From Bacteroidales bacterium (GTDB lineage Bacteria; Bacteroidota; Bacteroidia; Bacteroidales; UBA12077), in the NCBI GenBank assembly GCA_963665525.1, contig OY762280.1:2241451-2305450 (forward strand): a DNA stretch of 64,000 nucleotides. The letters are read 5' to 3'. Of the stretch, positions 49,814-59,483 are shown piece after piece. The stretch's first letter is position 1. Every line of letters begins with the position of its first letter. The translations under genes and the position numbers were made by a program. Below the pieces are notes generated by a model. That model was not told where the DNA came from and made no database searches. It saw only the letters and a list, made by a program, of their open reading frames with translations.

Positions 49814-52800
49814 ATGAAACAAATTTACTCATTTTTATTAGTCTTTGTAGGACTAATTTTATTAGGGTTTAATTCTTACTGTCAGGAATTTACCCACAAA
49901 GAAGATTTAAACGTAGAACGGATACGCAGTTCTTCTGATTACAGAAAAACTGTAAAATTTGCCGATCTGTTTAATTTCCCGTCAGAAATTGATGTTAAAA
50001 GTGAAATTTCAACGAATACCGATATCGCAATCAATTTATCATCTACAAACGAATCAAATATTCTATTTGACGGATATTATTATTCTAGTTACAGTGGACA
50101 GTTTTTTTATTACAAAATTCCAGCAAATAGTTATGGTAAAGATACTCTAACAGTTACAATAACATATAATGGAATTGAAGCCATTTCTAAAGTTATAGCA
50201 GAAATTGATCCTATTAAATGTAAAGATGATGCATATGATATGGGTATAGGAGACACTCTGGAAGTTACTGTTACAAGTAATGATAATCCGAAAACCTTTT
50301 TTGATTATGCAAGTTTTGAGATTATTCAAAATGCAATATCAGGGACACATCAAATCAAAGGTGATGGAACAATAGAATATATCAACTCGGAAAGTACTCC
50401 AAATTATACCAGAGATACAATTATTTATCGTATTGCCGATACAAAATCTAACTACGATACAGCAATGGTAGTATTGAGCATCCATGAAGATTCATATGTT
50501 ACTAAGGTTTTTGATTACCTACCTGCTCCGGGTCAGTTTGTGAACACCTCCTGGGCAGATACGGCAGCAGGAGATAAAGTAATCGGCAATACCAGCGGTG
50601 GAGCTTCTCTCGGTGGTTTTGGTGGATATATTATTGTTGGTTTCGACCAACCAATTGTCAATTGTGCTGAAAATGCTTATGGAGTTGACTTTACAGTTGT
50701 TGGTAATGCTTTTTCCGGATGGGGAGAACCAGCCGCTGTAAAAGTTATGAAAGATGAAAACGGGAACGGGTTACCCGATGATGAATGGTACGAATTAGCA
50801 GGTTCTGAATACCATTTCTCATCTGCCATTAAAAATCTAACCATGACTTATTATAATCCTAAGTACAATGAAAGACATACAATTCCTTATTCTACTGACA
50901 AAGGATTCAATGGTGCCATGGGAACAAATGGATTTCATGCACAACAGTATTATCCTGATCCTGCAAGTTTTTGTATAAGTGCTGATTCAGTAAGTTATGA
51001 CGGTACTTTCTCTAAATTCCTTTTAGATAAAAGTAACCCAGGTTATATCACAGCTAAAAGACTTCCATTATTTGGATATGCCGATTCACGCCCTAGCAAT
51101 AGTACACCTACAAAACCACTTAATCCTTATGTAAATGATGAAAATGGTAAAGCTGCCGACGGATTCGATTTAGAATGGGCTATTAAGGCCGATGGTAGTC
51201 CTGCTAACATTGATACCGTGCATTTTGTAAAAGTTTACACTACTGTTCAGGAAGATGGTGGTTGGTTGGGAGAAATTTCTCCTGAAATTTTTAAAGTTGC
51301 AATTACAACTCCAGATCCTTCTTATGTACCACAAGATTATGAAGCTCATGCCATTGGCGCTTCTCAAATTCAGGTATTAAAAGGAGAAACATTACAATTG
51401 GAAGGTATATTATTTAAAAATGGTATCCCACAAAGCGGAAGTCAAACCTGGACATCAGATAGTAAACATGTAGCAACTATAGATAATACTGGTTTATTAA
51501 CAGCAATTGAAAACGGAAAAACAACTATCCACTTTAGTGTTAAAAGTGATGTTACTCCTGACTCTATTGATATTAATGTAGTTGAGCTTACAGAAGTTGT
51601 TATTGAACTTGAAGGTAACTCTTCGGTTTCTAACGATACCATTTTTGTTATAGAAGGAGAAACAGAATATATTCACGCTGAAGCAATTGACAACAGACCA
51701 TCTCCTGCAAATCGATTTGTTTACGAAAGTTTTAACTGGTCATCATCAGATAACTCTGTTGGAACTATTGACCAAGGAATATTTAATGCTAAAGCAGTTG
51801 GTACAACTATGGTTATTGCTGAATCAGTTCATAACCCTCTACTAAAAGATACAATTATTACGGTTGTTACAAAGGCTCCTGAGATTGTTGCTGTAAAAGA
51901 TACCGTTTTATTGCCTTACTATAGCAGATCAGGATCTTTCACAAACGATGAGCTATTTTCTACAGGAGTGAATGCTATCGTAACTATTAAGTCAAAAGCG
52001 AGCAGTTTTTCAATTATGAATTCGAATATCGTAAACAACACTTTTGAGTATGATGTTCTGGAAAATAAATATGGTTTTGAAACCATTGAATTTACCGTTG
52101 AAGCATTTGGGGTAGAATCAACTATAGAAATTGTTTTTCAGGCTGTTGAGCCTGATAACTTTGAGACTCCAAAGCAAGTTCTGTTTACAAATGGCGGTGA
52201 GTTTATGAATCCTAATGCTCCTACCGAACTAATGACATATATTCCTGATCAGGATACCACAATTCAGATTGATAATTACCTTGCAGGAGCTACATCTGTT
52301 CAGGATATGATTATTGATGGTAACTTTGCATATGTATCAGCAGATTACTATATCACCAGATATAATGTTTCTTCAAGAACTGCTACTGATTCAATATACA
52401 CTCAGGATTTAGATCCTAATAGTGCAGATGGTCAGGGAACTGAAATGGCAGGAGTAAATCACAAATTAGCTATTTACCAAAATATGTTACTGGCAACACG
52501 CCAAAACAGTGCTCAAGCACCAGAAGATGGATATAATGTAAGAATTTACAATAAAGGTGATTTATCCTTTATTAAGAAAATTCCTGTATCTAATCAGGCT
52601 ACCGACATTGTAATTGTTAATGACACGGCTTATGTTATGATCAACGGTGGTTTTGCCGGTCAAACAAGCTCTATGGCAATTATCGACTTAAAAACATTAA
52701 CCCTCAATAGAGAAGTTGATCTTGGTACTGCCGGACTTGGTGTAATGCAAATGATTGCTAAAGACAACAAAATCTATTGTGTCAGACTTGCTGATTTTAT

Positions 52801-54928
52801 GGGTCGTTTTAACTCTGGAATTGTTATATATGACATAACATCTGGTGCTATTCAGGAAGTTGAATATACATCAGGAATCCCTTACGATTCATCGCCACTG
52901 GCAATTGAGCCATGTACAAACGACACTATTTTCATTAAAAAAGATCTTGGTTATGTTGCATTTAACACACAAGACCAAAGTTTTGGAAGTGAAACACATA
53001 TGAATATTCCATCATATTATAACCAGGATAGCGATCATATTGGCCGAAGTTCTGCTTATGATCCTGATGAAAAGAAATACTATATAACTTATGCATACTG
53101 GCATGGTAAAGGTGTAGGTCAGGTTTATGATAGTAATCTTGATAGTATTGGTACATTTAAAGGTGTTGGTGCATCTCCTGAAGTTATGAAAATATGTCAA
53201 GCATCTGTAATAAATGAGAAACCATATACTTGCTCTGCTAATTCACCAAAAACATACAATGAAGGTGAAGACTTTAAATTTAGATTATCTTACTCTACTT
53301 TTAAAGATAAAGAGGATAATTACCCAAGCATGTACTTGTATAATCCTGCTCAGTACGAATGGCTATGTTTTGATTCAAAAACCCGCTACATTTCAGGAAA
53401 TTTTAACGCAGAATTAGAAGAATCAAAAACTTTTAATGTTATAATGCAAGGAATAGACAAGCAAGGTGCGTTTGTTCTCGATACAGTTAAAATAACAATC
53501 AATCCTGTAGATGATCCTATGACATTAGAAAAATTAATTTCTGATATCACAGTGGATGAAGATGCTGCTGACTCACTGCTTACATTAACTGAAACATTTG
53601 TTGACGTTGATAATATAATCAGTACAAGAATAATAGCTAATACAAATTCAACTCTGATAAATACAACAATCAGCGAAAATGTATTAACTATCCATTTCAA
53701 CGTAGAACAAAATGGTGAAGCTGAAATCATTATAGAAGCTGAATCAAATGATGTAACTTTAACTGATACATTTAATGTTTATGTAAGGCCAGTAGATGAT
53801 GCTCCTTATGTTGTAAATTCAATAGCTGATGTTACAGCAAACGAAGATGAAAGCATTGCTGCCATTGACTTAACTAATGTATTTGATGATATAGATAACG
53901 ACAATTCAGCCATTACTAAAGAGATTATTAGTGTAACTGATGAAAGTTTACTAACCATGAACATTACAAATAATCTTCTAAACATTGAGTTAAAAGAGAA
54001 TCAATCAGGTGAACTGGAAGTTATTATCGAAGCTACATCAAATACATTAACAGTAACTGATACGTTTAATATTACTGTTAATGCGGTTGATAATGCACCG
54101 GTTGTTGTTCATTCAATAACTGATATCACAGCAAACGAAGATGAAAATATTACTGATATTGATTTAACAAATGTATTTGACGATATTGACAACGATAATA
54201 CTGCCATAATAAAAGTTGTTAAAAACATTTCGAATACAAGCCTGTTAAATGCCGAAATCAATGATAATAATTTATCAATCGCACTACTTGAAAATCAATT
54301 TGGAGAATCTGAAATTGTTATTGAAGCAACTTCAAATGGTTTATCGGTAACAGATACATTTAATATTGCAGTGAACGCTGTAAACGATAAACCGGTTGTT
54401 GTTGAAACAATCGAAAATGTAACTGTAGATATGAATGCTGCAGATTTACAAATCGATTTAAGTAATATATTCGATGATATCGATAGCGATGATCTTGAAA
54501 TTACAATTAGCAATAATACAAATGAAAGCTTAGTAGAAACTTCAATCTCAGAAAATATACTAAGCTTATCATTTGTTCAGGATCAACACGGAACAGCAGA
54601 ATTAACTGTTACTGCAAACGATGGAACAGCATCTGTAAATACATCATTTAACGTTACAGTAAACAATACTGCAACCGGATTAGAAAATATTGAGAATATT
54701 ACGCTCAAAATTTATCCTAATCCTGTTCAGGAGATTATAAACATAGATTGTGAATTTGGTATGGAACGCGTTGTTATATTTAACAGCATTGGAAATATCC
54801 AAAGAATAATCAATCCTGAAAATATCAATTATTGTAAAATAAATGTTTCTGGTTTACCATACGGTACTTATTTCTTAAGTATTGAAGGTAAGAACAACCG
54901 AATTACTAAAACAATTATTAAACAATAA
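49814..54928 (+). CDS. Giant T9SS-sorted surface protein.
   Basis: The protein is 1704 aa with a signal peptide. Domains in order are a cadherin/Ig-like N-region, a shared unassigned domain, BIG2-like domains, a BtuG-like beta-propeller region, four cadherin-like repeats and a T9SS CTD. YLPAPGQFVN...WYELAGSEY is homologous to the next gene. BIG2-like VATIDNTGLLTAIENGKTTIHFSV is present. VLFTNGGEFMNPNAPTELMTY parallels [19 protein letters not shown] of the 59484 gene. The C-terminus LKIYPNPVQEIINID...GTYFLSIEGKN...IIKQ is a type-A T9SS sorting domain. Confidence 0.85.
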   Translation: MKQIYSFLLVFVGLILLGFNSYCQEFTHKEDLNVERIRSSSDYRKTVKFADLFNFPSEIDVKSEISTNTDIAINLSSTNESNILFDGYYYSSYSGQFFYYKIPANSYGKDTLTVTITYNGIEAISKVIAEIDPIKCKDDAYDMGIGDTLEVTVTSNDNPKTFFDYASFEIIQNAISGTHQIKGDGTIEYINSESTPNYTRDTIIYRIADTKSNYDTAMVVLSIHEDSYVTKVFDYLPAPGQFVNTSWADTAAGDKVIGNTSGGASLGGFGGYIIVGFDQPIVNCAENAYGVDFTVVGNAFSGWGEPAAVKVMKDENGNGLPDDEWYELAGSEYHFSSAIKNLTMTYYNPKYNERHTIPYSTDKGFNGAMGTNGFHAQQYYPDPASFCISADSVSYDGTFSKFLLDKSNPGYITAKRLPLFGYADSRPSNSTPTKPLNPYVNDENGKAADGFDLEWAIKADGSPANIDTVHFVKVYTTVQEDGGWLGEISPEIFKVAITTPDPSYVPQDYEAHAIGASQIQVLKGETLQLEGILFKNGIPQSGSQTWTSDSKHVATIDNTGLLTAIENGKTTIHFSVKSDVTPDSIDINVVELTEVVIELEGNSSVSNDTIFVIEGETEYIHAEAIDNRPSPANRFVYESFNWSSSDNSVGTIDQGIFNAKAVGTTMVIAESVHNPLLKDTIITVVTKAPEIVAVKDTVLLPYYSRSGSFTNDELFSTGVNAIVTIKSKASSFSIMNSNIVNNTFEYDVLENKYGFETIEFTVEAFGVESTIEIVFQAVEPDNFETPKQVLFTNGGEFMNPNAPTELMTYIPDQDTTIQIDNYLAGATSVQDMIIDGNFAYVSADYYITRYNVSSRTATDSIYTQDLDPNSADGQGTEMAGVNHKLAIYQNMLLATRQNSAQAPEDGYNVRIYNKGDLSFIKKIPVSNQATDIVIVNDTAYVMINGGFAGQTSSMAIIDLKTLTLNREVDLGTAGLGVMQMIAKDNKIYCVRLADFMGRFNSGIVIYDITSGAIQEVEYTSGIPYDSSPLAIEPCTNDTIFIKKDLGYVAFNTQDQSFGSETHMNIPSYYNQDSDHIGRSSAYDPDEKKYYITYAYWHGKGVGQVYDSNLDSIGTFKGVGASPEVMKICQASVINEKPYTCSANSPKTYNEGEDFKFRLSYSTFKDKEDNYPSMYLYNPAQYEWLCFDSKTRYISGNFNAELEESKTFNVIMQGIDKQGAFVLDTVKITINPVDDPMTLEKLISDITVDEDAADSLLTLTETFVDVDNIISTRIIANTNSTLINTTISENVLTIHFNVEQNGEAEIIIEAESNDVTLTDTFNVYVRPVDDAPYVVNSIADVTANEDESIAAIDLTNVFDDIDNDNSAITKEIISVTDESLLTMNITNNLLNIELKENQSGELEVIIEATSNTLTVTDTFNITVNAVDNAPVVVHSITDITANEDENITDIDLTNVFDDIDNDNTAIIKVVKNISNTSLLNAEINDNNLSIALLENQFGESEIVIEATSNGLSVTDTFNIAVNAVNDKPVVVETIENVTVDMNAADLQIDLSNIFDDIDSDDLEITISNNTNESLVETSISENILSLSFVQDQHGTAELTVTANDGTASVNTSFNVTVNNTATGLENIENITLKIYPNPVQEIINIDCEFGMERVVIFNSIGNIQRIINPENINYCKINVSGLPYGTYFLSIEGKNNRITKTIIKQ
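53504..54666 (+). repeat. Four in-frame tandem repeats (285/294/294/~290 bp) encoding cadherin-like ~98-aa modules
   Basis: Repeat starts are at 53504, 53789, 54083 and 54377. The modules share VDDAP.VV..I.D.TANEDE....IDLTNVFDDIDND...I...............N.L.I.L.ENQ.GE.E..IEATSN.L.VTDTFNI.VN. Confidence 0.85.
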
Positions 54929-54941
54929 TACCTAATTTCTT

Positions 54942-54966
54942 TACCGGGATCAGATTGATCCCGGTA
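54942..54966 (+). terminator. Strong intergenic hairpin between the two T9SS cargo genes (terminator/attenuator or RNA-stability element)
   Basis: A perfect 10-bp stem TACCGGGATC / GATCCCGGTA has a 5-nt loop, followed by ATTTTC. It lies 14 nt after the stop codon. Confidence 0.5.
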
Positions 54967-54990
54967 ATTTTCATTTAAAATCTTCACGGA

Positions 54991-57426
54991 ATGCGATCTT
55001 TTATAACCATTATTCTGATCTTACTTCTAAAGCCATTATCAGGTCAGGAAATACTTAACAAACAAAAAACAAAAGATGGAATTTTTGTTTCCCGGATTAT
55101 TGAATATAATCCGGCACCCGGCCAGTTTATCAATACTTCTGCCTGGGGAACACCTGACAAAGCAGAATCAATTATTGGTGGAGTAAGCGGAGGAATTAGC
55201 CTTGGTGCTTATGGAGGATATATTATTGTTGGATTTAATAAATCGATAGAAAATGATCCTGAAAATCCTTACGGAATTGATTTTACTGTCTTTGGAAATC
55301 CTCTGGAAGAATGGTCCGAACCAGGAATTATTATGGTTATGAAAGATGAAAACCAGAATGGCATTGCCGACGACACCTGGTACGAAATTATTGGTAGCGA
55401 TCATTACTGGGAATCTACCGTACACAACTACTCTCTTATCTACACTAATCCTAATAGCGATGTTGCCGCTGATGTAGAATGGATCGATAACAAAAATGAC
55501 TCAGGTTATGTTTATGCCAACGAATTTCACTTGCAGCCTTATTATCCTTCTGCCGATTTATTCCCTGATATTAACCAGGAAAGCTATGGTTTTTCAGGAA
55601 CTCGTATCAAAGGATTTGTAGACAATACCATCCCTACTTACATAATGTCTTTTCGTCGCGGATTTGGTTATGCCGATAACTTCCCCAGGGGAACAGCTCC
55701 CTACGATGTACCAAACAATCCTTATACTCCCGAAAAAGAAGGATGTGGAGGCGATCCTATCGACATTGACTGGGCAGTAGATTCGGAAGGTAACCCTGCG
55801 AATCTGGATCAAATCGACTTTGTAAAAATTTATACTGCCATAAACGAAGAAGCGGGCTGGCTAGGCGAAGTGTCAACCGAAGTTACTGCTGTTATGGATG
55901 TTACTCCCAACCCTTCAATAACAGGCGAAGAAAACCTGTTTGTGGTTAACGATCTTCCCCCACAAATTAGCGCCGGAACCACAATTAAACTTGAAGCTAA
56001 CTTTTTTATAAAAGGAAAAATACAAGACACCGAAAATATTGAATGGACTGTTGATAAGCCTCTAAAAGCAAACATTGATGAAAATAACTATTTAACAGTT
56101 ATTGATACAGGTACTATTATCGTTACTGCAAAATATAATCATGGAACAACTTACATAAAAACCATAACTACCGACATTATTGCTCCTGATAAAATAATAT
56201 TAGATATTGATCAAAATGAATTAAGAGTTGGCGATACACTTAGCATTGAATCAAAAGTAATGGATCAAAACGGAAATTATTTTTATGGCTTAGAAAATAT
56301 CTGGAGTAGTTCCAACGACAATATAAGTATCGAACAAAACAACAATAATTACTACATCCAAGGCAAAAAAGAAGGAACATCAAAATTATATGTTCATCCT
56401 AAAGGTTTTGAAAATATTAAAGATTCTGTCGAAATCACCATATTAAAAGCACCTGATAAAATCCAGGTTTACTTAAGCATTAAATCAGATAAAGCAACAA
56501 TATATCCAAGAACTAAGATTGAAATTACCAACTTTAATTTAAACCCATTTATTACTGATCCAATCCTGGATTATGGATTACAAGACATACCAACTATTAC
56601 ACTTGCTCATGTTGTAGCTTCCGTATTTGAAAATATTGAATTTGAAAGCGATTTACGTTTTACTGATAAGCCTGAAGGAAACTTATACATCGCACAGCTT
56701 CCTGTCAAATCTGATAATAACATTTTATACTATTACGGTTCGGGAGGATATGATCATAATGCCTGGATTATAAAACACAATAACAATAGCTATTTAAATA
56801 GCTTTGCAGATATACAGGTATCTGAAAACGATGAAATAGTAGTTTATTATATTGAAAATATTCATTCTCCGTGGTGTATTTATCATGCTAATTTTATAGA
56901 AACAACCACCGAAACAGGAAAAATACTTGATATAAGCGCTTCGTGTAATTCATACCAATATGAAAATTCGGTAATCATAAGTAATGGAATTACTCCAGCA
57001 GTATCCGTTCCCGTTTTTGTAAATGATGAAAAATATTCTGAAAATGGAAATATCATATTAACTGACAATAATGGGAATGTACATCTTCATTTCAAATATA
57101 CCGGTGATTATATTGTACGAATTGCTACCGAAAATTATCATTTAATCGTAGAAAATGGACTTACTGGTATTGAAGACATAAATACCTCCGTTGAAGTATG
57201 GCCAAACCCGGCAAACAAGTACATCTCAATTAATACCAATAATTCTGCTACTGAATCAATAGATATTTTAATATACTCCATCACGGGGGTTTTAAAATAT
57301 CAACATCGTTTTCAAATATTTACTAAAACAACGATCAATACGGATAAGTGGAATAACGGGATTTACTTTATTCAAATAAAAATCTCTGATAAAATAATTA
57401 GCAAAAAGATCATCATAAATCATTAA
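54991..57426 (+). CDS. T9SS-sorted surface protein: shared unassigned domain, BIG2-like domains, T9SS CTD
   Basis: The protein is 811 aa with a signal peptide. YNPAPGQFINTS...GGYIIVGF...YGIDFTVFGN...MKDENQNGIADDTWYEIIGSDHY is paralogous to the 1704-aa protein. The C-terminus VEVWPNPANKYISIN...GIYFIQIKISDKIISKKIIINH is a T9SS CTD. Confidence 0.85.
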   Translation: MRSFITIILILLLKPLSGQEILNKQKTKDGIFVSRIIEYNPAPGQFINTSAWGTPDKAESIIGGVSGGISLGAYGGYIIVGFNKSIENDPENPYGIDFTVFGNPLEEWSEPGIIMVMKDENQNGIADDTWYEIIGSDHYWESTVHNYSLIYTNPNSDVAADVEWIDNKNDSGYVYANEFHLQPYYPSADLFPDINQESYGFSGTRIKGFVDNTIPTYIMSFRRGFGYADNFPRGTAPYDVPNNPYTPEKEGCGGDPIDIDWAVDSEGNPANLDQIDFVKIYTAINEEAGWLGEVSTEVTAVMDVTPNPSITGEENLFVVNDLPPQISAGTTIKLEANFFIKGKIQDTENIEWTVDKPLKANIDENNYLTVIDTGTIIVTAKYNHGTTYIKTITTDIIAPDKIILDIDQNELRVGDTLSIESKVMDQNGNYFYGLENIWSSSNDNISIEQNNNNYYIQGKKEGTSKLYVHPKGFENIKDSVEITILKAPDKIQVYLSIKSDKATIYPRTKIEITNFNLNPFITDPILDYGLQDIPTITLAHVVASVFENIEFESDLRFTDKPEGNLYIAQLPVKSDNNILYYYGSGGYDHNAWIIKHNNNSYLNSFADIQVSENDEIVVYYIENIHSPWCIYHANFIETTTETGKILDISASCNSYQYENSVIISNGITPAVSVPVFVNDEKYSENGNIILTDNNGNVHLHFKYTGDYIVRIATENYHLIVENGLTGIEDINTSVEVWPNPANKYISINTNNSATESIDILIYSITGVLKYQHRFQIFTKTTINTDKWNNGIYFIQIKISDKIISKKIIINH

Positions 57427-57434
57427 AGGATAAA

Positions 57435-59453
57435 ATGAGACGACTACTTTTCATATCAACTTATATTTTAAGCAGCACCATATTACTTGATGCACAATCA
57501 GTAACAGATACTATTGCGATTGAAGAAGTAAGGATTGTTGCCAACCGGATATTCATAAAAGAAGAAGCAGGGCAAAAAATTTCGGATGTAGATTCTGTTG
57601 TCTTGTTAGATAAACTAAACCAGAATCTTTCGGATGTATTATCCGAGAATACCTCTGTTTACATTAAAGAACATGGACGCGGAGCATTAGCAACAGCATC
57701 GTTTAGAGGAACTGCTGCCACACATACACAGGTTTTATGGAATGGAATGAACATTAATTCCCCTATGTTAGGGATGGTAGACTTTTCGCTTATTCCTGTG
57801 TATGTTATTGATGATTTAAGTTTAAATCATGGAGGAAGTTCTATTAAAGAACAAAGTGGAGGTTTAGGAGGAAGCATAAATATTAGCAATAATGTCGATT
57901 GGAATAATCGTTTTAGTGGCCGCTATTACCAAGGCATTGGAAGTTACTCAACGTTCGATGAGTTTGGCCAGGTTAACATTGGAAATAAAAAAATACAATC
58001 CAAAACTCGTATCTATTCTAACGCATCAAAAAACGATTACTCTTTTATCAACAAATCTATTACCGAGCGTCCTGAAGTTAAAAATGAGAATGCCGATTAT
58101 TCCAAATATGGATTTGCACAGGAAATCTATCTTAGAGCACACAAATACGATTACATTTCTCTTAAAACATGGGGACAACTTGCTCAACGGTCACTTCCAA
58201 CAGTTCAGAGTTACGAAGGTGCTGATCAGGCTAATTTAAACTCACAAGACGATAATACATTTAAGGCTGTTGCCGCTTGGAAACATTATGGCAGCAAGAG
58301 TAAAATCTATTTTACTTCTGGGTACGACTACCAATCCCTTGATTATATACTTGAAAATGAAGTTAACAGCATTGGCAAAGTTCCTGCAATTTATTCCGAA
58401 AGCATTATGCAAAGCATTCATAGCAATGCAAAATATGATTACAACTTTACTGAGAATTTTCAATTTAATTCATCGCTTAATTATAAGCATTACAATGTTA
58501 ACACCAAAGATTCGGTATTAAAAACCGGGTATAATGTTATACGAGATGACTTTTCGGTATTCGGAGGATTCTACTTAAACCTTTTTAAGAAATATAATAT
58601 CTCCTTAATGCTTCGAGATGATATTGTTGATTATAATTTATCCCCTTTAATATTTAATTTGGGTATTAGCTATAAGCCTTTTTCAAATACCGATTTAGTA
58701 ATTAAAGGGAGCCTTGCAAGAAATTACCACCATCCTACGCTAAACGACTTATACTGGCAACCTGGAGGTAATCCTGAACTAAAAGCAGAAGAAGGATTTA
58801 CCGAAGATATTACCATTATTTATTCTTTTGATAATGGCAGAACTCATGTAAGTAGCGAAGTAACAGGTTTTTACTCCGATATTAACAACTGGATTATTTG
58901 GTTGCCAAGTTTTAAAGGATACTGGGAACCATTTAATATTAAAAGAGTGAAATCTTATGGTTTGGAATATAACTTTAAAGTAACTAGCCATATTCAAAAA
59001 TTAAATATCCAATTACAAGGAAACTACGGCCTTACAAAATCATTAAATTATGGCGATCCCTTAACCTGGGGCGACGAATCATATAAAAAGCAACTACCAT
59101 TTATTCCTGTGCATTCCGGAAACTTTTTAACGCAACTAAAATACCAGGGATATTATATACGATATCAATTTAATTCTTATAGCGAAAGATTTACCATGAC
59201 CAGTAATAAAGTAGGGCTCGAAGATGATTCTGGTGATTTAGGAGTAAGTCAAGATGCTGGAAAATTAGGCTGGTACTATCCCTATTATATGAGTAACCTG
59301 ACTATAGGAAAAGAACACGACATTAAAAAATATACCCTGGGAGTAGAACTAAAAATTAACAACCTGTTCGACGAAGAGTATCGTTCGATATTAAACCGAT
59401 ATATGCCAGGCAGATATTATACCTTATTACTAAAAATCTCTTTCAAAAAATAA
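57435..59453 (+). CDS. TonB-dependent outer-membrane receptor, BtuB-like
   Basis: The protein is 672 aa with a signal peptide and a TonB-box-like DTIAIEEVRIV. The plug has SFRGTAATHTQVLWNGMNINSP and a 22-strand-sized barrel follows. It lies in a riboswitch-headed cluster 8 bp after the preceding gene. Substrate is inferred from context. Confidence 0.8.
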   Translation: MRRLLFISTYILSSTILLDAQSVTDTIAIEEVRIVANRIFIKEEAGQKISDVDSVVLLDKLNQNLSDVLSENTSVYIKEHGRGALATASFRGTAATHTQVLWNGMNINSPMLGMVDFSLIPVYVIDDLSLNHGGSSIKEQSGGLGGSINISNNVDWNNRFSGRYYQGIGSYSTFDEFGQVNIGNKKIQSKTRIYSNASKNDYSFINKSITERPEVKNENADYSKYGFAQEIYLRAHKYDYISLKTWGQLAQRSLPTVQSYEGADQANLNSQDDNTFKAVAAWKHYGSKSKIYFTSGYDYQSLDYILENEVNSIGKVPAIYSESIMQSIHSNAKYDYNFTENFQFNSSLNYKHYNVNTKDSVLKTGYNVIRDDFSVFGGFYLNLFKKYNISLMLRDDIVDYNLSPLIFNLGISYKPFSNTDLVIKGSLARNYHHPTLNDLYWQPGGNPELKAEEGFTEDITIIYSFDNGRTHVSSEVTGFYSDINNWIIWLPSFKGYWEPFNIKRVKSYGLEYNFKVTSHIQKLNIQLQGNYGLTKSLNYGDPLTWGDESYKKQLPFIPVHSGNFLTQLKYQGYYIRYQFNSYSERFTMTSNKVGLEDDSGDLGVSQDAGKLGWYYPYYMSNLTIGKEHDIKKYTLGVELKINNLFDEEYRSILNRYMPGRYYTLLLKISFKK

Positions 59454-59483
59454 CATCAAGGAAACGATAAAAACTATAATACA

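Noticed and set aside
53504-54666. Possible CRISPR array or non-coding tandem repeat
   Set aside because: The period is about 294 bp, the repeats are in frame inside a long ORF and they encode a coherent protein module. No short repeat-spacer architecture occurs anywhere in the window.
50147-58997. Numerous 60-115-aa track ORFs overlapping the 1704-aa, 811-aa and TonB-receptor genes, including 51170..51367, 53386..53730, 55168..55425, 57892..58239 and 58270..58521
   Set aside because: They are shadow ORFs in alternative frames of strongly supported long genes, which is typical for AT-rich sequence.
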